Of a DNA stretch of 64,000 bases, positions 1 to 14,754 are shown piece by piece (within the stretch, counting starts at the first letter, position 1; every line of letters begins with the position of its first letter). The notes beneath the pieces are model-generated. The model did no database searches, was not told the DNA's origin, and was given only the letters and a program-made list of their open reading frames with translations. The stretch comes from Octopus sinensis (lineage: Eukaryota), in assembly GCF_006345805.1 (NCBI RefSeq), contig NW_021833058.1, positions 22,155 through 86,154 on the forward strand. The letters are read 5' to 3'. The position numbers were made by a program, and so were the translations under genes.

Positions 1-124
1 CTCGACTATAGGCGGTGCTCCAGCATGGCCGCAGTCAAATGACTGAAACAAGTAAAAGAGTAGTTAATTCCTCAGTGAGATCATCCACTCCCTAACACAG
101 AAGTAAATATACATATGTAAGGAG

Positions 125-345
125 CCTTAAGGCGGCGTGCTGGCGAAATCGTTATCACACTGGGAAAATGTTTAGCGACATTTCGCCCGTCTTTATGTTC
201 TGAGTTCAAATTCCGCCCAGGTCGACTTGTCTTTCGTCCTTTCGTTGTCGATGAAATAAATACAAGTCGAACACAGGGGTCGAAGTAATCGACTTCCCCT
301 ACTCCCCCGAAATTGCCGGCCTTGTGTCAAAATTTGAAATCAATA
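125..345 (+). mobile_element. Older tail-A version of the same SINE (similar copies at ~50035-50250 and ~57615-57830)
   Basis: Same head and core. The tail is cccccgaaattgccggccttgtgtcaaaatttgaaa. Confidence 0.75.
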
Positions 346-482
346 TAATATTTAACGAGCCTTAAAACTGTAATCAAGGCATACACGCACACGCACACAC
401 ACACATACACGCACACGCACATACACACATACACATACACGCACACGCACACACACACACATACACGCACACACACACACAT

Positions 483-524
<42 letters not shown>

Positions 525-1018
525 CCCCAGAAAAATGAACCGATCAGAAAGGATTGAAGTTAGGGTGGAAATTGCTACGGTTTAGCCCCGGATCAACCTT
601 GATTGAGCTGACATGTGATCCCAGACTTTCCACCATGACCACCCGCCTCTTTGTATTCTGTGTTCTAACATAATAGAGTCTGATTCTAGGGAGATTTGGC
701 TACTATTTCTAGTGGGTCGTGCAGTCTGAAAGGATGGTGATGGTGATGATGGGGGGAAGGGGAAGGAGAGAGGTTTGGACATCCTCCTCCCTTTCACACC
801 CTCGCACTGTACCATCTCCTCCTCCCCTGTTGTAACCTCGCATAGGAAGAAATGTTTGATAAACTGAGTTGGTATTTAAACAAGGTCACCAATGGTAAAT
901 TCACTGGTTGATGCTGTTGCTGTTGTTATTGTTCGGTGGTGGGAAGCAACGTAAGAGCGGAAGAAGAGAGAGGGGGAGAGAAAAGGAGAGAGGAAGAGAG
1001 GGAAGATAGCAGGTTGTT

Positions 1019-1066
<48 letters not shown>

Positions 1067-2362
1067 GAGACGTGACTTTTTCATTTCTTTTTGCTGACAA
1101 AAAAGCAAAACTATCAAACATGACTGCCACAGCAACGGCGGTTGTTGTGGTGGTGATGATGTTGATATTGTTGTTGTTGTAGTTCTGGTGGTGGCGGCGG
1201 CGGCGGCAGCGGTGATAGTGGTGGTGGTAGCGGTGGACTATTGGTTGAGACGAAAGTTCAGATGTTAAACAAGAAGAGCATTTTTTTGGGGAACCTGCTC
1301 GAAAGTGATTCGTTCATTGGTTACAAGTGACAGGATTAAGGGATGTATTTCTTTGTGTTTGTTGTTTGGGCAAAGTATATGAGATTGGGGGGTTGGGGAT
1401 AATGAAGTCCCTCTCACCCATCTCTACTTACTCGCAGAAGCTTTAGTTTCGGTTTTGTCAGAAAAGAATAATCGTTGATTTAGGACTGAACGGATAAAGC
1501 TAATCCGTAGAAGGAACTTGAAACTGAAGTTTGCAGGCTGTAAAGATCTAGAAGTGAAAACCAAGTACCAGTAATAACTGAGGGCACTGGTTATAGTAAC
1601 AAAAGTACAAAAGAGCAAACTTTAAAAAAGTATACAACGGTCTAGGAACTTTTCAGCTCCGGCTCGTAAGTCAGTGCTAGTGTCTACTGGTACTTTATTT
1701 ATCGACCCTGAAAAGACGAAAGACAAAGTCGACCTCGACGTAACTTGAATTACTAATCTAAAAGACCAGAAGAAATGCTGGGCATTTTGCTTAGAATGGG
1801 TCTGCTAAACTCGCTGACTGGGATCTCACCCCGCCCAATTCCTTCAAAGTTTCTGACCATGCCTCTACGTTAGAAGCCATTGAAAACAACCATTTTATCT
1901 GCCACTAAACATTAATTACAAAACATTTCATTGCCCCTAAGAACGTCGGACATTTAGGGCTGTATGAAGAAATTGTACTTACAGTCATGTGTGTATGTGA
2001 GTGTTTTAAGTGTGTGTTTGTGCGTGTGGGTGTGCGCGTGTGTGTTTATGTGTTGGTGTGTGTATGTTTGTGCGCGTGTGTGCGTGTGTGCAACGGATGT
2101 GTATGTGTGTGCTTCTGTTTGTGTGTGTGTGTGTGTGTTACTTAAAGGAACTGCAATAATGCAAATAAATAAATAAATAAATAATCAAAATAAAAAAGTA
2201 AATTATATGGCTAATGACATTTTCTTTCTTTTAGAAAACAAGAACTGTTTAAACAATTTGGTGGACGCTCTTATCTAAATTTTAAATTTCAAAACTGCAC
2301 ATTATATTCTATATCAGAACAAAAGAACACACATACACTCATACACACACACGCGCACACAC

Positions 2363-2400
<38 letters not shown>

Positions 2401-2709
2401 ATAGCCACACTGTAACCTCATCGTCATCTTCAACAAACGCCTCAACACGTTTATCACCACTACCACCGTCACACCACCAACAACAACGCACTACCACCAC
2501 ACTACTACGACCGGCAACAACGTTAAGAACATCAGCAACCACAATACCACCAACGTCCCCATCGCCACCATCAACACATTTTGTTCTTGTTAGAAGGGAA
2601 TAAACATTTCATTGGTCTTAATTGTTTGGTCCTGATCTCGTGGTGCCATCGGTTGAGGTCAAAGGTTGTAGATATCAAAGCTTCGCATCTACATAGACAG
2701 ACACACTAA

Positions 2710-2761
<52 letters not shown>

Positions 2762-3111
2762 CTGACAGACACACGTACACGCATCAGAAACCGCTTGTTT
2801 GTTTATCTAAGTGTGGTCGCTATGGCTACACAGAAACGCACACGCACACACACACGCATAGAAACCTCGCGAAACAGTAATACTTTAAAGTAAACTCAGG
2901 ATTTCCTGCACCTTGACTCATCATGGCTACGTCTTTTGTCAACAGTCTATTGTCTTAATACCTCCTGCTTACCCTGAGTATCTACACACGACAAATGCCA
3001 GGTAAACATACACACACACACACACACACACACACTCATACATACAATTATTTCTGTTCAGTGAAGATGGCTGAAGTATTGCCATATCATCTCATCAACC
3101 ATGGGCAAATG

Positions 3112-3377
3112 CAATGGTTCTCAACTGGGTCCATTTGACTCTTGGGGGTTCTATTTGACCCTTGGTGGGTCCATATAAGATTTTGTATTAAAAAATAATG
3201 TGCAATAAAGTGGCCACACTTTTACGACGCCATACTTTTTTTTCCTTACAATTGCTAATAATATTTCATTATGAAAATATAAGACGAATTTTTTAAACAT
3301 CGAATAGCTATGAGGGACCACTTGAGTAAAATATTAATCAAAGGGGACACAGACAAAAAAATGGTTGAGAACCAATG
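3112..3377. mobile_element. hAT (Charlie-like) MITE
   Basis: 14-bp TIRs caatggttctcaac / gttgagaaccaatg (1 mismatch). 8-bp TSD ggcaaatg / ggctaatg. Confidence 0.85.
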
Positions 3378-3564
3378 GGCTAATGTTTCCACACACGCCC
3401 CGTAGTAATCGATACATTATCCCTTAAGCCAGTACTTCTCAAACTGACGAATAGTAGTCCTCACTCCTACATGTCAGTGAAATTATTTCTTTCTACCCTT
3501 GTTTATTAACAAAAATACAAACAGAAGCGCCATGGTGTTGGTGTTGGACACTAAATTTATTAAA

Positions 3565-4010
3565 GGCCCAGCTGTGGCTTCGCAGCCACATGGTTCCACT
3601 GCGTGACACCTTGGGCAAGCGTCTTCTACTATATCCTCGAGCCGACCAAAGCCTTGTGAGTGGATTTGGTAGACGGAAACTGAAAGAAGCCCGTCGTATA
3701 TATATATATATATATATAATATATATATATATATATGCATACATACATACATATGTATACATACATTCACATATATATGTGTGCGTGTGAGTGTTTGCTG
3801 GCGCATGTGTTTGTCGCCCACTACCGCTTGGTAGCCAGTGCTAGTGTATTTACATCCCTGTAAACACACCCAAGAGACCGACAGAAGTCCCAGGCTTAAA
3901 AAGAAAATAATTACTGGGGTCGATTAGTTTGACTAAAATTCCTCAAGGCAGTGCCCCAGCATGGCTGCAGTCTAATGACTGAAATAAGTGAAAGACGAAA
4001 GATATAAAAG
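3565..4010 (+). mobile_element. CORE-like SINE copy
   Basis: Matches the 24383 copy. Confidence 0.8.
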
Positions 4011-4424
4011 ATTGTGATCTGTCCGTTCCTTATTTAATCCTCACACTCCCTTCAATGGGGCCAGTCCCCTCTCTTATTAAGAAACTCTGCTTTAAACAAG
4101 AAAGCTATGATCATAGAAAACAGTGCATGTCTAAACTGTAACATCTCATCCATACAATGAGTCGCAACATATTTGTGAGCGTAATGTTTGGTCCTCAGAT
4201 GGTGCAAACAAATTTAGGAAAACAAAGTCATAAGAAAAATGTCAAAGTTTCAATAAATGTTTTGGTTTACTTCTTGTTTCGCTGTTATACTTACGATATT
4301 TAAATAAAAAGGGATTCGTTTTCACACTAGCACTCCAGGGTTCCGGCTGATCTGATCAACGGAAGAACCTGCAAGTGAACTTAATGGGCAAATGGCTGAG
4401 CACTCTATTCCACACATACGCGTA

Positions 4425-4647
4425 CCTATTTCTTTGCTACCCACAAGGGGCTAAACACAGAGGGGACAAACAAGGACAGACAAAGGGATTAAGTCGATTA
4501 CATCGACCCCAGTGCGTAACTGGTACTTAATTTATCGACCCCGAAAGGATTAAAGGCAAAGTCGACCTCGGCGGAATTTGAACTCATAACGTAACGGCAG
4601 ACGAAATACCGCTAAGCATTTCGCTCAGCGTACTAACGTTTCTGTCA
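4425..4647 (-). mobile_element. Same SINE, monomer nested in an older RTE-tailed repeat
   Basis: 19-bp TSD tattccacacatacgcgta at 4406-4424 and 4648-4666. Confidence 0.88.
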
Positions 4648-5487
4648 TATTCCACACATACGCGTAGCATTAACGTCGTTGTCAGGGAGGTTCAGCATGA
4701 CACAGAATGTGAGAAAGCTGATTGGCCCTTTGAAATACAGGAACTACTCATATTTTCCAGCAACGTGAAATAAAGTGTATCCACCGGGTATCGAACTCAC
4801 GACTTTATGATCGCGAGTCGCAAACCCCAGCCACTAAGATACGGGCATTCACTGTTTTTCACAAACCTAAAATGCTGTTATATAGATTGTATTGTTATTA
4901 TGTAAAATGGCGGAAAAGTTTCAGTAAATGATTCGATTTACTTCTTGTTTCGCTGTTATATTTCCGATATTTAAATAAAACGGGATTTGTTTTCTCAGAC
5001 ACGTCATGTCGTTATATAAATTATGTTGTTATTATGTACGAGTCATGTATTGTCAACTAATTAGTGACTTTAAATATTCTTTGTTTAATTACTTTTAGCG
5101 AATATTTATGTTATTTGAACGAAATGCGATATTCGTTTCCTGTGAATTTTTTCTTAACCAAAATAATGACAAAATCGTTTGTGTGACTTTATTTACATTC
5201 AGCACAAAGTTTAGCCAAAACATAGCAACTGGGTAAATAATATTCCAATGCTTATATCCATAAATAATTTATTGTAAGAAAAAAAATGGTGCATATTTCA
5301 CTGTAGGGCGGCAGTAATATCTATATACACATACATACATACATACATACATACATACATACATACATACATACATACATACATACATACATACACACAT
5401 ACATACATACATACATACATACACACATACATACATACATACATACATACACACATACATACATACATACATACATACACACATATA

Positions 5488-5892
5488 GTCTTTTATTCTT
5501 TTATATGTTTCAGTCATTTGACTGCGGCCATGCTGGAGTACCGCATTTAGTCGAACAAATCGACCCCAGGACTTATTCTTTGTAAGTCTAGTACTTATTC
5601 TATCGGTCGCTTTTGCCAAACTGCTAGGCTACGGGGTCGTAAACATACCAACATCTGTTGTCAAGCGATGGTAAGGGTAGAAACACAGACACACAAATAC
5701 ACACAAACACACACACATATAGAGAGAAGACGGACTTCTTTCAGTTTCCGTCTGCCAAATCCACTCACAAGGCTTTGATCGACCCGACGCTATAGTAGCA
5801 GTCACCTGCCCATGGTGCCACGCAGTGGAACTGAACCCGGAACCATGTGGTTGGTAAGCATGCTACGTACTCCACAGCCATTCCTGCACCTA
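5488..5892 (-). mobile_element. CORE-like SINE copy
   Basis: Reverse complement of the 24383 family. Confidence 0.8.
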
Positions 5893-5894
5893 TG

Positions 5895-5930
<36 letters not shown>

Positions 5931-6325
5931 TACATATGTACGTATACATATATACATACATCTTTATCGTGTATGTGTATAATACAAATATGTATAAACA
6001 CACACATAACTATGTATGTATTTGCTTCCTTATTATGTGCGCACATAAGCACACACACAAACACACACACACATACATACAGACACACACACACACACAC
6101 ACATACATACATACATACACACAGACACACGCATTCCATATTTTCTTTATTCGACATATTTAGAGTTCAGTCTCTCTCTCTTCCACTCACACTAACAATA
6201 GGCAAACTAACCGACCAAATTAATTAGTCCCGGTGAACTCTCATCAAATGAATAAATTATTTAACGAATTAAACTCTACCGCAATACTGTATGTGATCCA
6301 CGACTCCATAGGAATTTACCATTCA

Positions 6326-6356
<31 letters not shown>

Positions 6357-6837
6357 CATACATACATCTACACACGCAATACACACGCGCGCGCACACAC
6401 GCACACATATATTGTAGAAAATTTTTCTACAATTCGTGGAGATTTTGCTTTTATATGCATCGTGTGTGTGTGTATGCGCACGTGTATGTTTGTGTGTGTG
6501 TATGTGTGTGTGTGTGTATGTGTGTGTGTGTGTGGTGAGATGTGTCAATATTTGTAGCGATGTCAACATTAATCTTTTATCAGAATGGTTCCACCCTTGA
6601 CCACCTCGTCCTTTTAACCAATCAGTACTGATTAAATGCAAAAGTTATGAAATGCGATCCAATACAATCGCAATCGCCCTGTCTTGTTCTCTGTATTGTG
6701 TCCGTCTACCAATTCGAGACAAGAATCTGAAGAAGATTTAGCTTCTGTTTCTAGCATGTTCAGCGACTACATAACAACCAACCGATTTTGTTGGCATACT
6801 AAATCAAGGACATAGGGTATGTTTAATGTATCCCGGT

Positions 6838-7052
6838 ATACTCTTTTTACTCTTTTTACTCTTTTACTCTTTTACTTGTTTCAGTCATTTGACTGTGGCC
6901 ATGCTGGAGCACCGCCTTTGGTCGAACGACTCGATCCCACGACTTATTCTTTGTAAGCCTAGTAATTATTCTATCGGTCTCTTTTGCCGAATCGCTAAGT
7001 TACGGGGACGTAAACACACCAACATCGGTTGTCAAGTGATGTTGGGGGACAA

Positions 7053-7085
<33 letters not shown>

Positions 7086-7390
7086 TATATACGACGGGCT
7101 TCTTCCAGTTTCCGTCTACGAAATCCACTCACAACGCTTTGGTGGGCTCGAGACTATAGTAGAAGACACTTGCCCATGGTGCCACGCAGTGGAACTGAAC
7201 CCGGAACCATGTGGTTCGTAAGCAAGCTACTTACCACACAGCCTATATTCATAGTGTATTAGATACGCTTTGGTGGGCTCGAGACTATAGTAGAAGACAC
7301 TTGCCCATGGTGCCACGCAGTGGAACTGAACCCGGAACCATGTGGTTCGTAAGCAAGCTACTTACCACACAGCCTACATTCATAGTGTAT
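6838..7390 (-). mobile_element. CORE-like SINE copy with a 131-bp local duplication of head plus flank
   Basis: acgctttggtgggctcgag starts at both 7134 and 7265. Confidence 0.85.
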
Positions 7391-7737
7391 GAGATACATT
7401 TTAGTTTTAGGCCTGTATTATAATTGCATTCACACATTGGATGCGTTCTAGGAATATCAAATCGTTTCCAGTACTTGATTGGCATTTTATTTTATCGACT
7501 ACGCAAGAAACAAAATGTTACGTTCACCTCGACACAATTTGAACTCAGAACGTTGAGGAACGTAAAGCATTTCACCGCCACTTTAACGATTCTCTCAACC
7601 CTCCCGCCTTTTCTCAACAGACATGCACACTTGTAAGTGCTCACGTAGACATATTTAAACAGATATATACGCATGTTTATACACATACATACATATACAC
7701 ACACAACACGCATGTCTATATACACATACACATAAAT

Positions 7738-7778
<41 letters not shown>

Positions 7779-8436
7779 ACGTTCATATGCAAGCAAAAGT
7801 ACAAACACTTGAAGAAATATCAGTGTGACCCGATGCATCTTAACAGGCGTACTCATATACATACGTATTCGTGTTATGCATATGTGTGTGTATATGTGTG
7901 TATGTGTGTGTAAACATGTAACTGTGAGTAGAAGAGAGAGGAGGAGGAGAAGGAGGAGGAGGAGAATGAAGGAGAGAAAAAGAAATAGAGAGCGAGAGAA
8001 AACGGAGAAAGGGAGAGAGGGAGAGAGAGGGAGATTTTATCTATTTCCACAGGCCCGTGTGTGCAAACAAAAGTTACACAAGTAAGGTAATTTATTCAAA
8101 TTCTGACAAGCCTGGTCATTGACCGTGCTGCAGATATTTCGCTGTCTCTGTGTGAATCATTCGCTGATACATGCAATAGAGCGGTGGTTGGAGAGGTAGG
8201 GCTGAGGTTGTGATGTCTGTCTGTGTTCGTCTTGTATCGTGTAGATAATCCTTTTAGGGATTCCAGTCATTGTAATAGCTTTGCAGGGGCAACGCCCTTG
8301 GAAGGTTTTTTACTATCATAACAGCCCCTTTATTTCTTTTACTGCATGGTAATTATTTTATTTATAAACCACTAAGTTACGATGGGACAGACAGGACCAC
8401 AGACAAAACTTATACAAATATATATATTTCTTTACT

Positions 8437-8642
8437 GCTAAACATAGAGGGGACAAACAAGGACAGACAAAGGGATTAAGTCGATTGCATCGACCCCAGT
8501 GTATAACTGGTACTTAATTTATCGACCCCGAAAGGATGAAAGGCAAAGTCGACCTCGGTGGAATTTGAACTCAGAACGTAACGACAGACGAAATACCGCC
8601 AAGCATTTCGTTCGGCGTGCTAACGTTTCTGCCAGCTCGCCT
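8437..8642 (-). mobile_element. Same SINE, monomer
   Basis: Head and body match. Flanked by aaacttatacaaatata on both sides. Confidence 0.85.
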
Positions 8643-8702
8643 CCAAACTTATACAAATATAATACTCACACACACACATTTGGTTTATTTTTCTCCTTAC
8701 AG

Positions 8703-8784
8703 CTTGGTCAGCTGTTTCAACTTTCGTTTCTGTGGAGAAGATTGCTCGTACTACCACACGGAATGTTCCTATATCGTTTCAAAG
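8703..8784 (+). CDS. Candidate exon, frame undetermined
   Basis: Strong acceptor ttatttttctccttacag and weak donor AAG|gtggaa. All three frames are open. Confidence 0.2.
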
Positions 8785-8894
8785 GTGGAAAGGTCAGGAT
8801 GAGGCCTCGAGAAGTGGTGGATCGAAGTAGAAGGAAACGGATAAAGAGAACACAGAGGAAGAGAAGAGAGATGAGGAAATCAAGGAAATGTGTT

Positions 8895-9355
8895 ATAAAA
8901 GATGGGCTACAGCAAATATTCTGCTCAGTACCACATATTTGCTTGTCAGTTGTTTGACCTTAACAAGTTGAGCATGTCCCTTAGTGGCTGACGATATGTG
9001 CATCTCTGATCACGAGCAGAAGTAGTGGGGGAGCATCATAGCCATGTGTTGAGAAGGATTCTTTGGGTTTTGGATAATTCACCTCTGGAAACATGGGTGT
9101 TTCGTTCAACATTCTAAAGCAACCCTTATTCAGGGACCTTTTGAGCAGGATGGGCTACTCGACCAGAAGAAAATTCTAACTGGGCCCCACCTGCAAGGTC
9201 ATGTGCTGTTTATCTTGATATAAGATCAACATGTTGCGCACACATGGTTGTGATGCTGGTGTACCCTTATCAGACGGGTAGTCATGATGGGTATACTGGG
9301 CTTCGTATATTTTACCCCAGTGTCACTTTGATGGCATGCACTGCTCTCTCATTCA
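8895..9355 (+). mobile_element. Retroposon 3' fragment with long (AAT)n tail
   Basis: Non-coding, GC-balanced block ending ctctctcattc followed by ~200 bp of (AAT)n. Confidence 0.5.
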
Positions 9356-9373
9356 ATAATAATAATGATGATG

Positions 9374-9408
<35 letters not shown>

Positions 9409-9426
9409 TAATAATAATAATAATAT

Positions 9427-9461
<35 letters not shown>

Positions 9462-9465
9462 TAAT

Positions 9466-9499
<34 letters not shown>

Positions 9500-9517
9500 T
9501 AAAAAAAAAAAATAATA

Positions 9518-9553
<36 letters not shown>

Positions 9554-10513
9554 TAGTAATGGTGGTGGTGGTGGTGGTGATGTGAGGAATAAAAATTAAA
9601 ATAACTGAAGAACGTGGGAAATAAAATGAGAGAACAATAATGGTAATAGATGCCGGAGGTGAAACTGAGAGAGTGAAATTAAATTTGAAGGCGGTAAAAT
9701 TTTTCCCTCCAGCTTTCGAGGTCGGCGTCAACTGCTGGAATATTACAAGATTTGTTAGTGTTGTTGGCTTAGCAAGAGTTATTGCCGTATGTCGAGGCGT
9801 GGGGAACAGCACGAAAGGTCGGTAGGTGAATAAGCAACTAGGTTATTGAGCATTTATATAAGAACAAAATATTAATTTTGGAGTGTCGGATTTTCTAAAA
9901 GTCGATGTGGGGTTTAAAGAAATTATGCAAGTGCATTCATAAATTTTTAAAATTATATTAAGAATTAATAATCTAATTAATTTATGAATTTAATAGATTG
10001 ATGAATTGAATCAATTAATAAAGCCGTATATTTCTAAAACCATTCCGGGTTATTAATGATTTAGTTATTAAGCGTAGAGGGGGTGATGTTGGGGGCTAAT
10101 CACATATGTACACAGAGTTGAAACATCTGGACATGTTGTAAAGCAGCGCTTTCCAAACATTTTCATCAACAGACCGGTTTCATGCAAGACAATTTTTCCA
10201 CAGACCGGACGATCTACAAAGTGCATGATATATGACTTAATTGTTACATATATAATACATACACATATAATCCATCGATCCGTACACACCCGCACGCACA
10301 CACACACACACACACACACGCAGACACACACATACACACACACACATACCGCAAACCACACACACACGCGTGGGCACATATAATCCATACTTAACGGAAA
10401 ATACTTGTTGACTGAATAGTGAATAAAATAGAAATAAAATTAATTTTTCCGTGTGCGGCCTGGTCCCAAATGACCCGCGGTCCGGTGGTTGACTTATGGA
10501 AAGAGAAGAAACA

Positions 10514-11490
10514 AGGCGGCGAGATGGCAGAAACGTTAGCACGCCGGGCGAAATGCGTAGCGGTATTTCGTCTGCCGCTACGTTCTGAGTTCAAATTCCG
10601 CCGAGGTCGACTTTGCCTTTCATCCTTTCGGGGTCGATAAATTAAGTACCAGTTACGCACTGGGGTCGATGTAATCGACTTAATACCTATGGCTGTCCTT
10701 GTTTGTCCCCTCTGTGTTTAGCCCCTTGTGGGTAATAAAGAAATAGAAATAGGTATTTCGTCTGCCGTTACGTTCTGAGTTCAAATTCCGCCGAGGTCGA
10801 CTTTGCCTTTCATCCTTCGGGGTCGTCGATAAATCAAGTACCAGTTACGCACTGGGGTCGATATAATCGACTTAATTCGTTTGTCTGTCCTTGTTGTCTC
10901 CTCTGCGTTTAGCCCCTTGTGGGCAGTAAAGAATAAGTATTTCGTCTGCCGCTACGTTCTGAGTTCAAATTCCGCCGAGGTCGACTTTGCCTTTCATCCT
11001 TTCGGGGTCGATAAATCAAGTACCAGTTACGCACTGGGGTCGATATAATCGACTTAATTCGTTTGTCTGTCCTTGTTTGTCTCCTCTGTGTTTAGCCCCT
11101 TGTGGGCAGTAAAGAAATAAGTATTTCGTCTGCCGCTACGTTCTGAGTTCAAATTCCGCCGAGGTCGACTTTGCCTTTCATCCTTTCGGGGTCGATAAAT
11201 CAAGTACCAGTTACGCACTGGGGTCGATATAATCGACTTAATTCGTTTGTCTGTCCTTGTTTGTCTCCTCTGTGTTTAGCCCCTTGTGGGCAGTAAAGAA
11301 ATAAGTATTTCGTCTGCCGCTACGTTCTGAGTTCAAATTCCGCCGAGGTCGACTTTGCCTTTCATCCTTTCGGGGTCGATAAATCAAGTACCAGTTACGC
11401 ACTAGGGTCGATATAATCGACTTAATCCGTTTGTCTGTCCTTGTTTGTCTCCTCTGTGTTTAGCCCCTTGTGGGTAATAAAGAAATAAGA
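10514..11490 (+). mobile_element. tRNA-headed SINE (Meta/MESC-like domain) pentamer: one head plus 5 body units of ~184 bp
   Basis: Head is aggcggcgag.tggcagaaacgttagc. Units start atttcgtctgcc at 10565, 10755, 10939, 11123 and 11307. The core is ggtcgactttgcctttcatcctttcggggtcgataaa. Confidence 0.9.
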
Positions 11491-11877
11491 AACTGACTAT
11501 AACAACATTGTAAAAGTGAAATCTTTTTAGTTGTACGTGTGCGTGCGTCCGCATACAAAACACACACATTATTTATTCAACTGATTTCTGTTCTTTTTGA
11601 GAATTAGTCTCCGTCCTCCATCTTTTATCTTCCATTTATTCCTTCCTTCAGTCCTTGGACTGAGACCATGCTGGGGCATCGCTTTGAAGGGTTTTTAGGC
11701 GAAGAAATCGACCTCAGTACTTACGGTATTATTTTTAAAAGTCTAGTGCTTATTCTAACTTTGTCTTTTGTTAAGTTACGGGGACGTTAACAAACAAACA
11801 CCGCTTGTCGAGCTGTGGGGGGGGGGCGTGACAAACGCAAATACAAAAGAAACAAACGAACACGTTGACTAGTATAC

Positions 11878-12860
11878 TCTTTCTCTTTTTACTCTTTTAT
11901 TTGATTCTGTCATTTGACTGCGGCCATGCTGGAGCACCGCCTTTAGTCGAGGAAATCGACCCCAGGACTCATTCTTTGTAAGCCAAGTACTTATTCTATC
12001 AGCTTCTTTTGCCGAACCGCTAGGTTACGGGGACGTGAACTCACAAGCATCGGTTGTCAAGCGATGTTGGGAGTACAAACACAGACACACAAATACACAC
12101 ACATACACACACACACACACACCATATATATATGTACATATATATATGACGGGCTTCTTTCAGTTTCCGTCTACGAAATCCACTCACAAGGCTTTGGCCG
12201 ACCCGAGGCTATAGTAGAAGACACGCGCCCAAGGTGCCACGCAGTGGGACTGAACCCAGGACCATGTGGTTGGTAAGGAAGCTATCTACCACACAGCCAC
12301 ACCTGTGCGTCAATATATAACATATAATATATATATATATATATTATATATATATCATACATATACACACAACGAGCTTCCTTACCCATAGAAAGCATTG
12401 GTCGGTTCGGGCCCCTATAGAGGAAGATACTTGCGCAAGGTGCAACGCAGGGGGACTGAACCTGAACAACGTGGTTGCAAACCCAGCTTCTTAACCACAC
12501 GGCCATGCTTGCATATGTGTGTGTGTGTGTTTGACTCTCCCACCCTCGCTTGACATCCAGTATTGGGGTGTTTAAGTCCCCGTGATTTAGTTGTTCGGTA
12601 AAAGACAGCGATAGAATACGTACCACGCTTAGAAAAAAAGAAACAAAAAACTACTGAGGTCCATCCATTCGATTAAAAATTCTTCAAGGTGGTGCCCCAG
12701 CATGGCCGCAGTCTAATGGCTAAAAGAAGTAAAATTTTATGTAGCTTGCTTAACAACAACAGGGCACCGGGTTCAGTCCCACTGTGTGGCACCATGGCAA
12801 GTGTTTTCTACTATAGCCTTGTGAGTGGATTTGGTAGATAGAAACTAAAAGAAGTCCGTC

Positions 12861-12901
<41 letters not shown>

Positions 12902-13110
12902 GTGTGTGGTGTGTGTGTGTGTGTGGTGTGTGTGTGTCCACCAGCGCTTGACAACCGATGTTAGTGTGTTCACGTCTCCGTAACATTAGCGGTTCGGCGA
13001 AAGTTGATAAATAAGTACTAGACTTACAAAGAAGTCCTGGGGTCGATTTCTTCGACTAAAGGGTCTGCTCCAGCAAGGCCGCAGTCAAATGAATTAAACA
13101 AGTAAAATAA
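11878..13110. mobile_element. Cluster of CORE-like SINE copies in both orientations
   Basis: Minus copies at ~11878-12310 and ~12330-12510. Plus copies at ~12510-12730 and ~12745-13110. Confidence 0.75.
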
Positions 13111-13254
13111 TATATATACATACATGCATGCATGTGCGCTTGGGTGCGTGCGCGCCTGCGTCTGGGTATATATATTTCTATGTTCGCTGTAGGCGTAAAG
13201 TACAACTGCGCGAATGTAGGTTTTCTAACTGTGCACATGCACTTTTACATGTCT

Positions 13255-13680
13255 GATGTATGTATGTATGTATGTATGTGTGTGTGTATGTATGCATGCA
13301 TGTATGTGTGCATGTATGAATGTATGTATATGTGTATGTATGTATGCATGCATGTATGTATGTATGTATGTGTATGTATGTATGTATGTATTTATGTATG
13401 TATGTATGTGTGTGTATGTATGTATGTATGTATGTATGTATGTATGCATGTATGTATGTATGTATGTTTATAAGTATGTATGTATGTGTGTGTGTATGCA
13501 TGCATGTATGTATGTATGTATGTATGTATGTTTATAAGTATGAATGTATGTATATGTGTATGTATGTATGCATGCATGTATGTATGTATGTATGTATGTA
13601 TGTATGTATGTATGCATACATGTATGTGTGCATGTATGAATGTGTGTATGCACGTATGTGTGTATGTATGTATGTAAGTA
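13255..13680. repeat. (ATGT)n compound microsatellite
   Basis: Direct reading. Confidence 0.95.
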
Positions 13681-13977
13681 TACATGCAAGTATGTGTAGA
13701 TGTCTGGGTGCGCGCACACGCGTTTATGTACTTAAAAGGTGGGGCGCCGTATAAATAAAAGCACAATACACCCTTTGAATATGCGAATTTGTACATCTGC
13801 TTCGTATGTTCACGCCTCTAGAACCTGTGTGTCTTCGTGCATATATCTGTGCATGTATGTGCACATTGGATTGTGTGTGTGTACGTGTGTACGTGTGTAT
13901 ATGCATGTATGTGTCTGTATGCGTTTGTATGAGTATGTACGTGTGTCTGTGTGTATGTGCGCGCATGTATGCGTATG

Positions 13978-14034
<57 letters not shown>

Positions 14035-14340
14035 TTGTATGTGTAATAATGAGAAAGAGGGAGGCCGGGCGGAAGACAGAAAAGTGTCAATGAACCCCAA
14101 TTTTTGCTGCAGACACAAAGAAGGAAAAAGACGAGATAGAAGTGAAGTAAAGAGTAATGGGAGGAGGAGGACGGATAAGACAGTACACTTGTGACACGCA
14201 ACCGTCCTTTGTCTCCTCTCTTAACAAAGACGGAAACATTTCCAGGAATAAATCGCAGGTTCAATTCTCATGGAGTGTATCTCAATTCTAAAAACTGTTC
14301 CACCCGTAGCCATCTATCATTTGTTTACTCAGACTATATA

Positions 14341-14754
14341 TTTCTTTACTACCCACAAGAGGCTAAACATAGAGGGGACAAACAACGACAGACAAAGGGA
14401 TCAAGTCGATTATATCGACCCCAGTGCGTAACTGGTACTTAATTTATCGACCCCGAAAGGATGAAAGGCAAGGTCGACCTCGGCGGAATTTGAACTCAGA
14501 ACGTAACGACAGACGAAATACCTATTTCTTTACTACCCACAAGGGGCTAAACACAGAGAGGACAAACAAGGACAGACAAACGGATTAAGTCGATTATATC
14601 GACCCCAGTGCATAACTGGTACTTAATTTATCGACCCCGAAAGGATGAAAGGCAAGGTCGACCTCGGCGGAATTCGAACTCACAACGTAACGACAGACGA
14701 AATACCGCTAAGCATTTCGCCCGACGTGCTAACGTTTCTCTCAGGTCACCGCCT
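14341..14754 (-). mobile_element. Same SINE, dimer
   Basis: Two units plus head. TSD tttactc(a/c)gactata at 14324-14338 and 14756-14770. Confidence 0.9.
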
